Below, piece after piece: positions 28,177 through 38,458 of a stretch of 64,000 bases of DNA. The notes under the pieces were generated by a model. The model worked only from the letters and a program-made list of their open reading frames with translations. It was not told the DNA's origin and searched no databases. Both the position numbers and the translations under genes were made by a program. The stretch comes from an uncultured Pseudomonadales bacterium (lineage in GTDB: Bacteria > Patescibacteriota > Microgenomatia > UBA1400 > MFAQ01), in the NCBI GenBank assembly GCA_964439805.1, contig CAYTOI010000003.1, forward strand, positions 36,844 through 100,843, written 5' to 3'. Within the stretch, counting starts at the first letter, position 1. Each line of letters begins with the position of its first letter.

Positions 28177-28311
28177 TTTGTCTTATAACCTTTTTAATAA
28201 AGGTAAAAATATATGTAACTGCTGAGATTGTAGCATAACTTTCTAAAAGTAAATACCATTAAATATTATAGAGTGCATTTATGCGATGTTTCGTATATAA
28301 TCCGCGTTGCT

Positions 28312-29262
28312 ATGAGCCGAAAACTTATCATAATTATCCCTTGTTTAAACGAAGAAACCACACTACCCCTGGTGTTTTGTGATATTCCTCACAGAATAGA
28401 CGGCATAGACACTATAGAAACTCTTATAATCGATGATGGCAGTAGTGATAAAACCATAGAAGTAGCAAAAAGTTTGGGTGTAACTCACATAATAAAAAAC
28501 ACCAGAAACCGCGGACTCGCCAAATCTTTTTCCCTCGGTATCAACTCTGCTCTCTTTCACGGCGCCGACATAATAGTAAATACAGATGGAGATAACCAAT
28601 ATCCTCAAGGAGAAATTTCTGCTTTAGTACTACCAATAATAGAAGGTAGGGCCGACATTGTCATTGCCGACAGGCAAACAAAAAATATCGCCCACTTCTC
28701 CCCTCTCAAAAAACTTCTTCAAAAGGTTGGCTCGCAAGCCGTCTGCAAACTAGCAGGTATAGACGTCCCTGATGCAGTCTCTGGATTCCGAGCCTATTCA
28801 CGCCAAGCCGCCATGGAACTCAATGTCGTTACCGAGTTTTCATACTGCACCGAAACAATCATTCAAGCAGGCAAAAAGAAACTAAAGGTTCTTTCAGTTC
28901 CCGTCACCACAAACGAAAAGACCAGAGAATCTAGACTTTTTAAAAATATTTATCAGCACATGCGCCTCACTGGCTCTACCATGGTCCGCGTCTACGCTAT
29001 GTATGAGCCCCTCAAAACTTTTTTCAATGTCTCTGCCATTTTTCTCTTTATTGGTACCGTCTTTTTTCTTCGCTTCTTCTACTACATGACACTCGGAAAC
29101 GGCGCGGGTCACTTACAATCTATTCTCTTTGGAGCCGTTATGTTCCTTGCTGGTTTTCAGATCTTTATCCTTGGCCTCGTCGCCGACCTTATCGCCGGCA
29201 ACCGCAAACTTATAGAAGAAGTCCTCTATCAGCAACGCCGCCAAAACTACAAAAAGCAATGA
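28312..29262 (+). CDS. GT2 glycosyltransferase, polyprenyl-phosphate sugar transferase type (DPM1/GtrB/ArnC-like)
   Basis: IIIPCLNEE, IDDGSSDKT and DGD motifs; two C-terminal TM helices. Start set at the ATG at 28312. Confidence 0.8.
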   Translation: MSRKLIIIIPCLNEETTLPLVFCDIPHRIDGIDTIETLIIDDGSSDKTIEVAKSLGVTHIIKNTRNRGLAKSFSLGINSALFHGADIIVNTDGDNQYPQGEISALVLPIIEGRADIVIADRQTKNIAHFSPLKKLLQKVGSQAVCKLAGIDVPDAVSGFRAYSRQAAMELNVVTEFSYCTETIIQAGKKKLKVLSVPVTTNEKTRESRLFKNIYQHMRLTGSTMVRVYAMYEPLKTFFNVSAIFLFIGTVFFLRFFYYMTLGNGAGHLQSILFGAVMFLAGFQIFILGLVADLIAGNRKLIEEVLYQQRRQNYKKQ

Positions 29263-30368
29263 GGATAACAATGATCAGTACCCTTCCGCCACTGATCGGA
29301 TTAAGCCCTTACACTGTTGGGTTGGTGTCAGCTTTATCGAAAAAAATTGAAATTGATTTTATTGGTTTCAAAAAACTCTATCCAGATTTTCTTTACCCAG
29401 GTGGATGCATAGATAAAAATGGTAAAGCGCCAAAATTCAATAAAAATGTGAATGTAAACAACTCCTTGGTGTGGTGGAATCCAATTACTTGGATCACATC
29501 TGGACTTTCAATAGATACAAAAATAGTTCACGCTCAATGGTGGAGTTGGTTCCTTGCCCCAGTATTTTTAACAGTATTGGGAATAGCAAAATTAAGAGGC
29601 AAAAAAATAATTATTACAATACACAATGTTAAACCCCACGAAAAAGAGTTTTATAAAATTTGGCTAAATAATTCGGTTATATCTCTAGGTGATGAATATC
29701 TTGTTCACAATCAATCAAACAAAGTTCTGTTTCAAAAAACCAACAATACAAAAAAACCTATCCATGTCTATCCAATAGGAATTACAGAAATAAAAAAATC
29801 AAATGTGCCAACAAGCGTACTTAGAAAAAAATATAAATTTGATAAAAACGACAAGATAGTTTTATTCTTTGGGAATATAAGAAACTATAAAGGTTTGGAC
29901 ATTCTAATTAAGTCAGTTAAATTTATAAAAAACAAAAATATCAAACTATTTATAGTGGGCAAACCATGGAAAAACTTTTCAAGTTACAACAACTTAATTA
30001 AGAAAGAAAAAATAACCACAAGAATACATAAAATACTTGAATATGTACCAGAATCAAAAGTTGCAGAAATATTTAAACTCTCAAACGTAGTAGTACTGCC
30101 ATATACAGATTTTGAGTCTTCTTCTGCTGCGGGCACACTGACTATAAATTTCCACAAACCACTAGTAGTTACTAATGTTGGAGGATTAACCAACCTAGTA
30201 TCTGACAAAAACACAATATCTGAACCAAATAACCCGTTAAATCTCTCCATAAAAATTGATTACGCGTTAAGGAAGCAAAGCTGGCTGTCAACAAAATCCA
30301 AAGAGATAAAAAACCAAATGATGTGGAACAAGATTGCCAAAAAATACCTACTAAATGTATACATATGA
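29259..30368 (+). CDS. GT4 (group 1) glycosyltransferase
   Basis: C-terminal GT4 pattern LFFGNIRNYKGLDILI...FIVGK; ATGA overlap with the upstream gene. Confidence 0.65.
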   Translation: MRITMISTLPPLIGLSPYTVGLVSALSKKIEIDFIGFKKLYPDFLYPGGCIDKNGKAPKFNKNVNVNNSLVWWNPITWITSGLSIDTKIVHAQWWSWFLAPVFLTVLGIAKLRGKKIIITIHNVKPHEKEFYKIWLNNSVISLGDEYLVHNQSNKVLFQKTNNTKKPIHVYPIGITEIKKSNVPTSVLRKKYKFDKNDKIVLFFGNIRNYKGLDILIKSVKFIKNKNIKLFIVGKPWKNFSSYNNLIKKEKITTRIHKILEYVPESKVAEIFKLSNVVVLPYTDFESSSAAGTLTINFHKPLVVTNVGGLTNLVSDKNTISEPNNPLNLSIKIDYALRKQSWLSTKSKEIKNQMMWNKIAKKYLLNVYI

Positions 30369-31252
30369 AACCTTTAGTCTACATAATAATTGTAAATTGG
30401 AATGGCATTAAAGATACCATTGAATGTTTAGAGTCACTAAAAACAATTAAGTATACTAATTACAAAGTAGTTCTAGTAGACAACGGTTCAAAAAACAATG
30501 AAGGTGGAAAAATTAAAGAACAGTTCCCTGAAATAATATTAATAAAAAATTCAACAAACACTGGTTTTGTGGTAGCTAACAATCAAGGTATTAAAAAGGC
30601 ACTGGTAGATAAAGCAGATTACGTACTGTTATTAAATAACGATACTGTAGTTTCAAATAATTTTCTTAATGTTTTAGTTGAGTTGGCTGAAAAAGACAAA
30701 AAGATTGGTGTGGTTACCCCAAAAATTCTTTACTATAAATCGGACAAAATATGGTCCATGGGAGGATATGTTTCAAAAGTAACAGGAATAAGCAGGATGA
30801 TCGGTAAAGGAAAGTTATCTCAATACTTTATAGACTACATTGAGCCTGAATTTGCCACAGGTTGTGCTTTTCTGGTAAAAACAAAAATCTTAAAAAAAGT
30901 TGGTCTACTTGACCATATTTATTTCGCATATTATGAAGATGTTGACTGGAGTTTTCGAATAAGAAAAGCTGGTTACAAAATTGTTACAAATCCAAACAGT
31001 ATTATTTATCATAAAAAATCTGCTAGTGCAGGAATAGCTGGAACTAGCAAGTTCAGCTCTATACAAACATATTATTTAGCTAGAAATTCAATAATTTTCG
31101 CAAAAACAAATTTACACTCAGTAGATAAAATTATTTATTTAATAGGATCATATTCAATTAGGGTTATTTACTTAATATTAAATTTTAATAAATTAATCAA
31201 TTTTAAATACCTATATAAAGGTCTTGTAGATGGATGGAATTATGAAAAATAA
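30365..31252 (+). CDS. GT2 glycosyltransferase (rhamnosyltransferase-like)
   Basis: YIIIVNWNG...VVLVDNGS and DTV (DxD-like) motifs. Confidence 0.8.
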   Translation: MKPLVYIIIVNWNGIKDTIECLESLKTIKYTNYKVVLVDNGSKNNEGGKIKEQFPEIILIKNSTNTGFVVANNQGIKKALVDKADYVLLLNNDTVVSNNFLNVLVELAEKDKKIGVVTPKILYYKSDKIWSMGGYVSKVTGISRMIGKGKLSQYFIDYIEPEFATGCAFLVKTKILKKVGLLDHIYFAYYEDVDWSFRIRKAGYKIVTNPNSIIYHKKSASAGIAGTSKFSSIQTYYLARNSIIFAKTNLHSVDKIIYLIGSYSIRVIYLILNFNKLINFKYLYKGLVDGWNYEK

Positions 31253-32882
31253 TATAGTTGCAATATTTATTATATTTCTGCTAATCATCTTTGGAAATAT
31301 TAGTAATATTTTTGGAAACAATTGGTTCTTACACCCAGATGAAACAGGATCATACTTTGTAGCTCAAAATATCTACAAAACAGGAAAAATTATCTATACC
31401 AATAAATACAATAGTTTGTATAAAACAACTGCGTTTACACCTGCAGATCTATACTTCAATGGTAAATATGACCTGCCAAGAAAGCCAATAGCATACTATT
31501 TATTAATATCACCAAGTTTTATATTAGGGGAAAATGGACCATTTTATCTAAGTTTTCTTATATCTGTTTTTTCAGTCATTTCAATATACTATTTATCTTT
31601 AAAATTTACTGATAATCATAACATTGCTACAATTGCATCGATTGTGTGGTCTTCTTCTGCGTCTTTCTTATATTGGTCAAATTTTTTATATGGCAACTTA
31701 TTGTCAATATCTTTATTGTTTATAGGTATTGGATTTTTATTAAACAAAAACGAATTAAATAACAAATTCATATACGGGTCAATATTATTAGCAATGTCAG
31801 TTTTAATTAGATACGAATTTATATTATTTACACTACCTGCAATAATTATGTTTTCAATATTTAAGATTAAAAACTCCAAAAGAATTACAATATTTTTTTT
31901 AGCAATATTTTCGTCAATAATATTACTGATTCCAATTTCAAATTACAAAATTTTCGGGTCAATAATACCAACATCATACATGAATGATTTATCTGAATAT
32001 GACAAATCAAATTTAAATACAAAACAAAACTTATACCAAAACAGTTTAAACAAAATCATTTATGGCTTTAAAAGCGTATACACCCGGTTTCTATCCAATG
32101 ATTTCAAACCAAACTGGAACAGAATATATAATAATTTTCATACAAACATTGCAGAAGGAAATGTATTAATTTACGTATTAGGTTCTATTGGAATAATTTT
32201 ATTCATACTAAATAATAAAAATAGCAATCAAAAAAAGTTAATCGCAACCGCACTTACAATTGCAGTTTTATATTGGAGCTATAACACATTAGGTGGATAT
32301 CATTGGGGAGAAGGTTCTGAAGGAATAGGTCTTGTGTACACCAGATACTTATTGGTTACAGTAGCACTTTATTCAATTTTCACAGCCATTTTTATTAATT
32401 TTCTTATTAAAAAATCAAATGGTAGATTTATTAGCAAAATTGTTATTTTATTATTACTTGTTCTTCATGTTTTCCAATCTGTTCAAATTCTATTCTATAA
32501 AAATAATAATTTGATTCAATCAATATCTCAAAAAAATGATCTTCTAAAAATCAATAACATAGTAAATCAACTGCCTACTGACTCAGTAATTGTAACCAAC
32601 CTACTAAGTAAGGGAATAAATAATATAACAGTACTAGACTATCAAAAAATTCAGGAAATTGATGAAATTAAAATTAAAAATACAACAAATTATATAGAAA
32701 ATTTACTGATAAACAAAACAGATGTTTATCTACTAGAAGCTTTTACACACAAAGCTAGTTATTTAAATATTGAGGAAAATTTATCAAAAAATAACGACAT
32801 AATATCTACTGGAACAGATACTGAAATTAAAACTAAAAATTTTGGTGATCTAAAATTAACAAAATTAGTCTTCAATAAGTGA
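31230..32882 (+). CDS. large polytopic membrane protein, candidate GT-C glycosyltransferase or polymerase
   Basis: 550 aa with at least 10 TM segments; extremely AT-rich; sits inside the glycosyltransferase cluster. Confidence 0.4.
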   Translation: MDGIMKNNIVAIFIIFLLIIFGNISNIFGNNWFLHPDETGSYFVAQNIYKTGKIIYTNKYNSLYKTTAFTPADLYFNGKYDLPRKPIAYYLLISPSFILGENGPFYLSFLISVFSVISIYYLSLKFTDNHNIATIASIVWSSSASFLYWSNFLYGNLLSISLLFIGIGFLLNKNELNNKFIYGSILLAMSVLIRYEFILFTLPAIIMFSIFKIKNSKRITIFFLAIFSSIILLIPISNYKIFGSIIPTSYMNDLSEYDKSNLNTKQNLYQNSLNKIIYGFKSVYTRFLSNDFKPNWNRIYNNFHTNIAEGNVLIYVLGSIGIILFILNNKNSNQKKLIATALTIAVLYWSYNTLGGYHWGEGSEGIGLVYTRYLLVTVALYSIFTAIFINFLIKKSNGRFISKIVILLLLVLHVFQSVQILFYKNNNLIQSISQKNDLLKINNIVNQLPTDSVIVTNLLSKGINNITVLDYQKIQEIDEIKIKNTTNYIENLLINKTDVYLLEAFTHKASYLNIEENLSKNNDIISTGTDTEIKTKNFGDLKLTKLVFNK

Positions 32883-33653
32883 TTCATGATTGTATCTAAT
32901 TTCTAGAAATTTTAAAAAAGATAAAATTGGATAAAAACTTCTGACTATAGCAATAATTAACCCATGGACACCATCCAAATAACCTCTTTTGACTATCAAC
33001 CTTCCAAAAAACTGTTTATTGACTTCAAATATTAGTTCAAAAATAAGAGGCAACATGCCTTTACCTTTTGAATACTTTTTGTAAATCTCCTTCGCTTCCA
33101 ATTCAGTGTATGTATTATAACCGGATATTGTGTCTGAAATTTTATTATGGGAATAATGAAGTATTTCTCCTTTCTTTATTTCACCCAAACATTTTTTATC
33201 GATATTAATCTTTTCATGTACTGTGCCATTAAATTTACAAAATTTTCTGTTATACAATCTATGTCTTGGATACCTACAATAACCAGATCCTCTTACAAGT
33301 TTTCCATACATGTAGTCAGTCTCATACATAACATAAGCATTTACAGATTTATTTAAAAAATTAATACTTAATAACGACACAGAGAGTTCTTCATTAATCA
33401 CTTCATCAGCATCTATATTCAATATCCAATCATTTGAAGCTTTTTTTGCAGCAAAATTTTTCTGGTCAGTATAACCTTTCCACTTATTTTCATAAAAAAT
33501 TACATTCTTATATTTAGAACATATTTTTTTTGTTGAATCACTACTAAAACTGTCTACAACAATGACTTCATCAACAAACTTAAGAGAGTTCAGACAACGA
33601 GCTATGTTTTTCTCTTCATTAAAAGTTATAACTGTCGCCGATAAATTCCTCAT
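32865..33653 (-). CDS. GT2 glycosyltransferase
   Basis: ATVITFNEEKNI...VVDSFSSD...DADE motifs. Confidence 0.8.
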   Translation of the reverse strand: MRNLSATVITFNEEKNIARCLNSLKFVDEVIVVDSFSSDSTKKICSKYKNVIFYENKWKGYTDQKNFAAKKASNDWILNIDADEVINEELSVSLLSINFLNKSVNAYVMYETDYMYGKLVRGSGYCRYPRHRLYNRKFCKFNGTVHEKINIDKKCLGEIKKGEILHYSHNKISDTISGYNTYTELEAKEIYKKYSKGKGMLPLIFELIFEVNKQFFGRLIVKRGYLDGVHGLIIAIVRSFYPILSFLKFLEIRYNHESLIED

Positions 33654-34870
33654 CTTTTTATATATTTAGTAATAATAAATCCGAGAACGATTATTTCACT
33701 CAGCAGTACCGACACAGACGACACCACAAATCCATATCTTGGCATTACCAGTAGGTTAATAAGTAGACTACAAACTAGTCCCACAGAGACCGCATAAAAA
33801 ACTTGTTTCTGTTTGTGTCGAGCAAAGAGCAGATTACTAGCAAAGATTCGGAAATAGTTAACCACCCCAGCCCAAACCAATATGGCCATGGCGGGCGCAG
33901 CCGATAGATAGACCGAGCCATATATGGCTTTTACAATTTGGCTTTGAAAAATTGTAATAAACGCAGCCAAAGGCAAAAGTCCTATTACCGAGTAGGTAAT
34001 CACCATTCTAATGAGCTTTCTAAGAGTTTCTTGCTTCTTCTCTTGAATCAGTACATTGATACGAGGGAAAATAGCATTGTTGATGACATTGATACTCTGA
34101 AAGGCAAAAAGAATTTTGTAAGCAGCCTGGTAAAATCCCACTTCCCTACTCCCAAAGAACTTACCTATTAGTAGTGTGTCTGCGTTCGCATAAATTGTCC
34201 CCACTACCGCAAGCCCCATAAATGGCACTGTTTCTCGTAGTATTTTCTCCCAAAACTCTTTTTCAAAAAGTACTTTTATTTTTACCTTCATTCCCCTAGC
34301 AAGCAAGATAGAAACAATTAGCGAAACAATAGTCGTAACAGCATAAGCAAGCACCACCTGCATCGCGCTCCCTTTAAGAGCAATAACTCCCAAAGCCGAA
34401 ACAAGAATTCCTAAGTAATAAGTAATTCTGGCTACAAACACATACTGCATTTTTTCCCAAGCCGAAAAGATGGCGACAAACACTCCAGAAAGATTCTGAC
34501 TAAGATTGTAAAGCAACACCGCCAAGATCATAGATCTTGTAGTATTTGTCGGTACAAAAATAAAACTCAAGAGAATAAGTAAAGTAATAAGAAGAGACAG
34601 ACTAATCTTTAACCCCAACAAGTTCCCCAAATATTTTTCTGTTTCTTTTTTGTTTTTTGCTACATCTCTAGTGGACACAGTGTTTAAGCCAAAGTCACCA
34701 GCAATCATAAACAACGCTACGTAAGAAAAAGCCAAGTTAAAAGCTCCAAAATCTTTTGGACCTAAGCATCTTACTAGCCCTATAGTGACACCAAACATTA
34801 CCACCTTAGAAATGAGTTCAGTGATGCCAAGCCAGAAGGCACTTTGTACTAGAATAATGCGGTTTGACAT
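33650..34870 (-). CDS. polysaccharide flippase (Wzx/PST family, MOP superfamily)
   Basis: 12 TM segments; N-terminal LGITELISKVVMFGVTIGLVRCLGPKDFGAFN pattern typical of Wzx. Confidence 0.7.
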   Translation of the reverse strand: MSNRIILVQSAFWLGITELISKVVMFGVTIGLVRCLGPKDFGAFNLAFSYVALFMIAGDFGLNTVSTRDVAKNKKETEKYLGNLLGLKISLSLLITLLILLSFIFVPTNTTRSMILAVLLYNLSQNLSGVFVAIFSAWEKMQYVFVARITYYLGILVSALGVIALKGSAMQVVLAYAVTTIVSLIVSILLARGMKVKIKVLFEKEFWEKILRETVPFMGLAVVGTIYANADTLLIGKFFGSREVGFYQAAYKILFAFQSINVINNAIFPRINVLIQEKKQETLRKLIRMVITYSVIGLLPLAAFITIFQSQIVKAIYGSVYLSAAPAMAILVWAGVVNYFRIFASNLLFARHKQKQVFYAVSVGLVCSLLINLLVMPRYGFVVSSVSVLLSEIIVLGFIITKYIKR

Positions 34871-34891
34871 GGTACGATACTACCACATAAT

Positions 34892-36385
34892 ATGAAAAAT
34901 AATAATATGAAAAATATATTGAATTCATCGCTAAATTTTGTTAGAAATCTCACAAAATCTAAGGAGTTTATGACTCTAAACAAAACAGGCCTATATGCTT
35001 CCATATTAGCTTTTATCACCATCGTTGTTATGGGCATTGCTCTCCGCTACTTCGGACCATTTGGCAGAAACTCCATTTACGAATTCAAACCCACTCTTCC
35101 AAACACCGAAAGTTTTCTCTCACTAAACAAAACAGGTGACAAACTAGAACTTGGCGGACTCCTTCTCAAAAACAAAGTTACTCGATTCTCCCTAGATAAT
35201 CAAAAATATTTAAAAGACATCAAAGTTGCCCTCAACTACAAACCAGGTCAAAAGGAAATAAAAATTGGAGTCAGAGCAAACGAAACGGATCCTTTCATCT
35301 ACAAGTCTCTCTTCTTTGACCCTATCAATAGTCTTTCCTGGGCCAAGATTCAGTCAAATGGTATGACTTTGTTCCAAAAGACCAAACAATTCGACTCCAT
35401 CCCTGCATTCCTCAGTCAGCTAACTCCAGACAAAAAGGTCGGACTCTACCAAATAAATGTTAACGACCTCATTCCTTTCATATACCCTAATCTCAAACAA
35501 ACCAATACTGTCATCACTGCCCCTATCCGCGGCAATGCCACTATGTACGTCTTAGTTTCCAAAGGCGACTTAAACATCAAAGTCAGCAAACAAGACTTAA
35601 ACATGACCGACGGAGCCGACTCCCTCAGCCTTTCCTTGTCTCTTAATAATATAAAGGTTACCGAAGCCAATATCCCAGACGATGGCTTTGCCGACAGAAG
35701 CAAAAGCAAAACAGCTGCTCAGACAACCAGTCTCTCTGTACCAAAAGCCAAACCAGGTGTCTACAAGCTAGATATTAAGTTCGACAGTGCTGGCAACGAC
35801 GGCCTAATATCTAAGATTGAGGTCAACCAAGCCAAAGTAGTCTTTGGCGGCTCTGTACTAATCTGGAACGGTGCCCCAACCGCTTTCTACACCTTTGACC
35901 CAAAAATTGTTACTTCTACCTCTTGGGCTGATGCTATCCAAAACCTCAAAGTCGACGACAAAGCTGATCTAGCTATTAAAGACATCAAAAACAAATTCAA
36001 CTTTGATCTGGCCAAAACTATGAAGGGTAAACCAGCTGAAGAAATCTACAAAGTTTTCTCACCAAAAGGTAATATCAACTTCGGTACTGGTAGTTACTTC
36101 TCCTTCAACCCAGACACCTACTTCGATCCAAAAATAATTAAGGCTCAAGTGCTAAACACCAATAGTGTTCAAGCAGATATCGAAAAAAACCTAGACTTTA
36201 TCCTTACCACTCTAAACCCCAACAAGGAACAAGACTACTGGCTAATGTCCGAACTAAACTTTAACCCTGCAGACTTTCAGCTCAAGGGTGACAAAATCTT
36301 CTTCTCTCTAGAAGTACCAGATTTGGACAAGCAAGGCGGATCTCTAGAGCTAGGTGGACTTACAGTAACCCTTATTTCCAAATAA
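34892..36385 (+). CDS. hypothetical membrane-anchored extracytoplasmic protein (497 aa)
   Basis: N-terminal TM helix followed by a large beta-rich domain. Alternative start at the ATG at 34970 with an AAGGAG RBS. Confidence 0.4.
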   Translation: MKNNNMKNILNSSLNFVRNLTKSKEFMTLNKTGLYASILAFITIVVMGIALRYFGPFGRNSIYEFKPTLPNTESFLSLNKTGDKLELGGLLLKNKVTRFSLDNQKYLKDIKVALNYKPGQKEIKIGVRANETDPFIYKSLFFDPINSLSWAKIQSNGMTLFQKTKQFDSIPAFLSQLTPDKKVGLYQINVNDLIPFIYPNLKQTNTVITAPIRGNATMYVLVSKGDLNIKVSKQDLNMTDGADSLSLSLSLNNIKVTEANIPDDGFADRSKSKTAAQTTSLSVPKAKPGVYKLDIKFDSAGNDGLISKIEVNQAKVVFGGSVLIWNGAPTAFYTFDPKIVTSTSWADAIQNLKVDDKADLAIKDIKNKFNFDLAKTMKGKPAEEIYKVFSPKGNINFGTGSYFSFNPDTYFDPKIIKAQVLNTNSVQADIEKNLDFILTTLNPNKEQDYWLMSELNFNPADFQLKGDKIFFSLEVPDLDKQGGSLELGGLTVTLISK

Positions 36386-36389
36386 GCCT

Positions 36390-37154
36390 ATGCGCCGAAT
36401 ACTGGCGGATCTCTTCTCCATCTCACTAGTCTTTTATTTGCTGATGTTTTTGCTGGAAAATATTTTCCCCAAAATCATCAGCAATGTCTTTAATCTTAAC
36501 TACTTACTAATTCCCGTCATGATCTTTGGCGTTCTCTCAGCGCTGCTTCCTCTACCAGAAAGTGAACAACCAAAAGACGAGTACAAAAGATCAGACCTCT
36601 GGTGGTCCTTACTTCTTTCTATTTTGGGCGGCGCACTTATCTACTACAAAATCGACTTACAACCTACTCTCCGCATTAGCATCTCTCTCCTCTCTACTCT
36701 CCTTATTGGCCTTATGTCTGTCCTCATAATTTTGCCCGAAGACTACGAAATCTCCGTGCCAAAAATTAAGTGGTGGATATCACTAATCCTTATTCCTGTT
36801 TTAATTTTTGGCTACTCAAAAATAAATTTCACTTCACAACCAACAGTAATTGAAGAAACCATCATCAGAAAGTCACCTGATCTTTACCAAATAATTCTTA
36901 TCAATAGAAGTGAGGACAAAGACTTTGGCGAAACCTATCGCCAGCTAATAGTAAACAATGACTACAAAAACATCACCACAGTTAGCACAGATACCTACCC
37001 CCAGACCACTTCTCAAGCCACTGTTATCTTTAGCCCGGAAGACGCTAGTGCCGGCCAAGAAATCGCCGATCTACTGCACCAATCCATCCCAAATGTACAG
37101 ACCATGCCACCTAGCAAAAACATTCCTCAACAAATAATTATTATCCTAAAGTGA
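36390..37154 (+). CDS. hypothetical membrane protein
   Basis: 5-6 TM segments. Confidence 0.4.
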   Translation: MRRILADLFSISLVFYLLMFLLENIFPKIISNVFNLNYLLIPVMIFGVLSALLPLPESEQPKDEYKRSDLWWSLLLSILGGALIYYKIDLQPTLRISISLLSTLLIGLMSVLIILPEDYEISVPKIKWWISLILIPVLIFGYSKINFTSQPTVIEETIIRKSPDLYQIILINRSEDKDFGETYRQLIVNNDYKNITTVSTDTYPQTTSQATVIFSPEDASAGQEIADLLHQSIPNVQTMPPSKNIPQQIIIILK

Positions 37155-38458
37155 TTTACCTTATCTTTGCTTTTTATCTTCTTGCTCGTCTTTACCCTTA
37201 TTTTTTCTCACCCGTTCCCCTAGGCTACGACGCCGGACTATACATTTATCTATGGCAAAAATATAGTGAGCTAGGCTTGGTTCAGTTTACTAGCCTCCCC
37301 AAGTGGCTAGTAGAAGTCTATCCTCCCTTTATCGCTATTGTCGGCAAGCTATTCGGTCTACTCGCCTCCCCTGCTACTTTTGCTATTCCCCTATCAATAA
37401 TTATTTCTTCTGTACTATTCCATGCAGTTTATTTATTTGTCGCCAAAAGGTACGACAAAAACACCACCCTCTGGATAATGTTTTTCTTGGCTGCATCCAT
37501 TGTCCAATACAAATTTTTCTGGTGGTTTTATATCAAAAATATTCTTGCTCTCGCCTTTGTTTTTTATTATCTGAACTTCAAAAACCAGAAGCCCTACCTC
37601 AGCTACCTATTTGTAGTTCTCACAATCCTTACTCACCAGCCCACCTCAATAATTTTATTTTTGGCGATTATCTTTAGTAACAGTTTTTCCTCTCTAATCC
37701 CCTTCTTTGCTACCTTCACCCTTTACTACATACCAAACTTCAGTCTTACAGTTGCCCCGTTCCTCCCAGGAGTTTCTTCTACAATTGGTGAAGCTTCTGG
37801 AACTTTTTGGAATATCCGAGAATCTCTTTTCTACATGCTCCACTATCTCCCTTTTTCTCTCTACGGACTATACGTAAATAGAAAAGCCAAAAATAAATTA
37901 GTTCCACAACTAGCCCTAGTCTCTTTTCTTATTCCCCTTTTTGGATTATTTTTATCTCGTCGCTTCATCCCTTTCTTTGATATTTTTGCTCTAATACTGG
38001 CAGGCCTAGGTGCTAGCAAATTTTTCAAAGATTTTCCCAAATTAAAATACTTTTATATCCACCTAGTTATTATTTCTATAAGTTTATTCGTGTTCCAATA
38101 CTCCGCTGCAGCCATAAATATAGATGAATTTGAGGAAATTAAGTTGCTGACTACCACCCCATCTTCTGCCTCCATTTTGGTTACTGATAATGAGTACACA
38201 CCTTGGATATATGGCTACACAAACCGTCGTTCTATTACTCCAGGGTTTGGTGAATTTGATATTTACTGGACAACCTATGAGTGGCAACAATACTGGCTCT
38301 CCGGCAATCAAACTTTAGAGATTTCTCTTCTCCAAAAACTTCCTCAACCTCTCTATATTTGGAAAGGCGACAAAAATGCCCTCACAAAGTTTTCTTTGCA
38401 AGGGCCTTGTTTTGAACGCTTCTCTTGGCACACTTATCGCTTTGTGTGCCAGCAATAA
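37151..38458 (+). CDS. polytopic membrane protein (possible second GT-C-like or polymerase component)
   Basis: 435 aa, at least 10 TM segments plus a C-terminal soluble domain; ATGA overlap with the upstream gene. Confidence 0.4.
   Translation: MIYLIFAFYLLARLYPYFFSPVPLGYDAGLYIYLWQKYSELGLVQFTSLPKWLVEVYPPFIAIVGKLFGLLASPATFAIPLSIIISSVLFHAVYLFVAKRYDKNTTLWIMFFLAASIVQYKFFWWFYIKNILALAFVFYYLNFKNQKPYLSYLFVVLTILTHQPTSIILFLAIIFSNSFSSLIPFFATFTLYYIPNFSLTVAPFLPGVSSTIGEASGTFWNIRESLFYMLHYLPFSLYGLYVNRKAKNKLVPQLALVSFLIPLFGLFLSRRFIPFFDIFALILAGLGASKFFKDFPKLKYFYIHLVIISISLFVFQYSAAAINIDEFEEIKLLTTTPSSASILVTDNEYTPWIYGYTNRRSITPGFGEFDIYWTTYEWQQYWLSGNQTLEISLLQKLPQPLYIWKGDKNALTKFSLQGPCFERFSWHTYRFVCQQ

Noticed and set aside
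28273-28311. GTG-initiated N-terminal extension (MHLCDVSYIIRVA) of the first GT2 gene
   Set aside because: A TATATAAT box sits at 28294-28301, inside this extension. The conserved GT2 N-terminus begins at the ATG at 28312. Start moved, with the caveat that the resulting transcript would be nearly leaderless.
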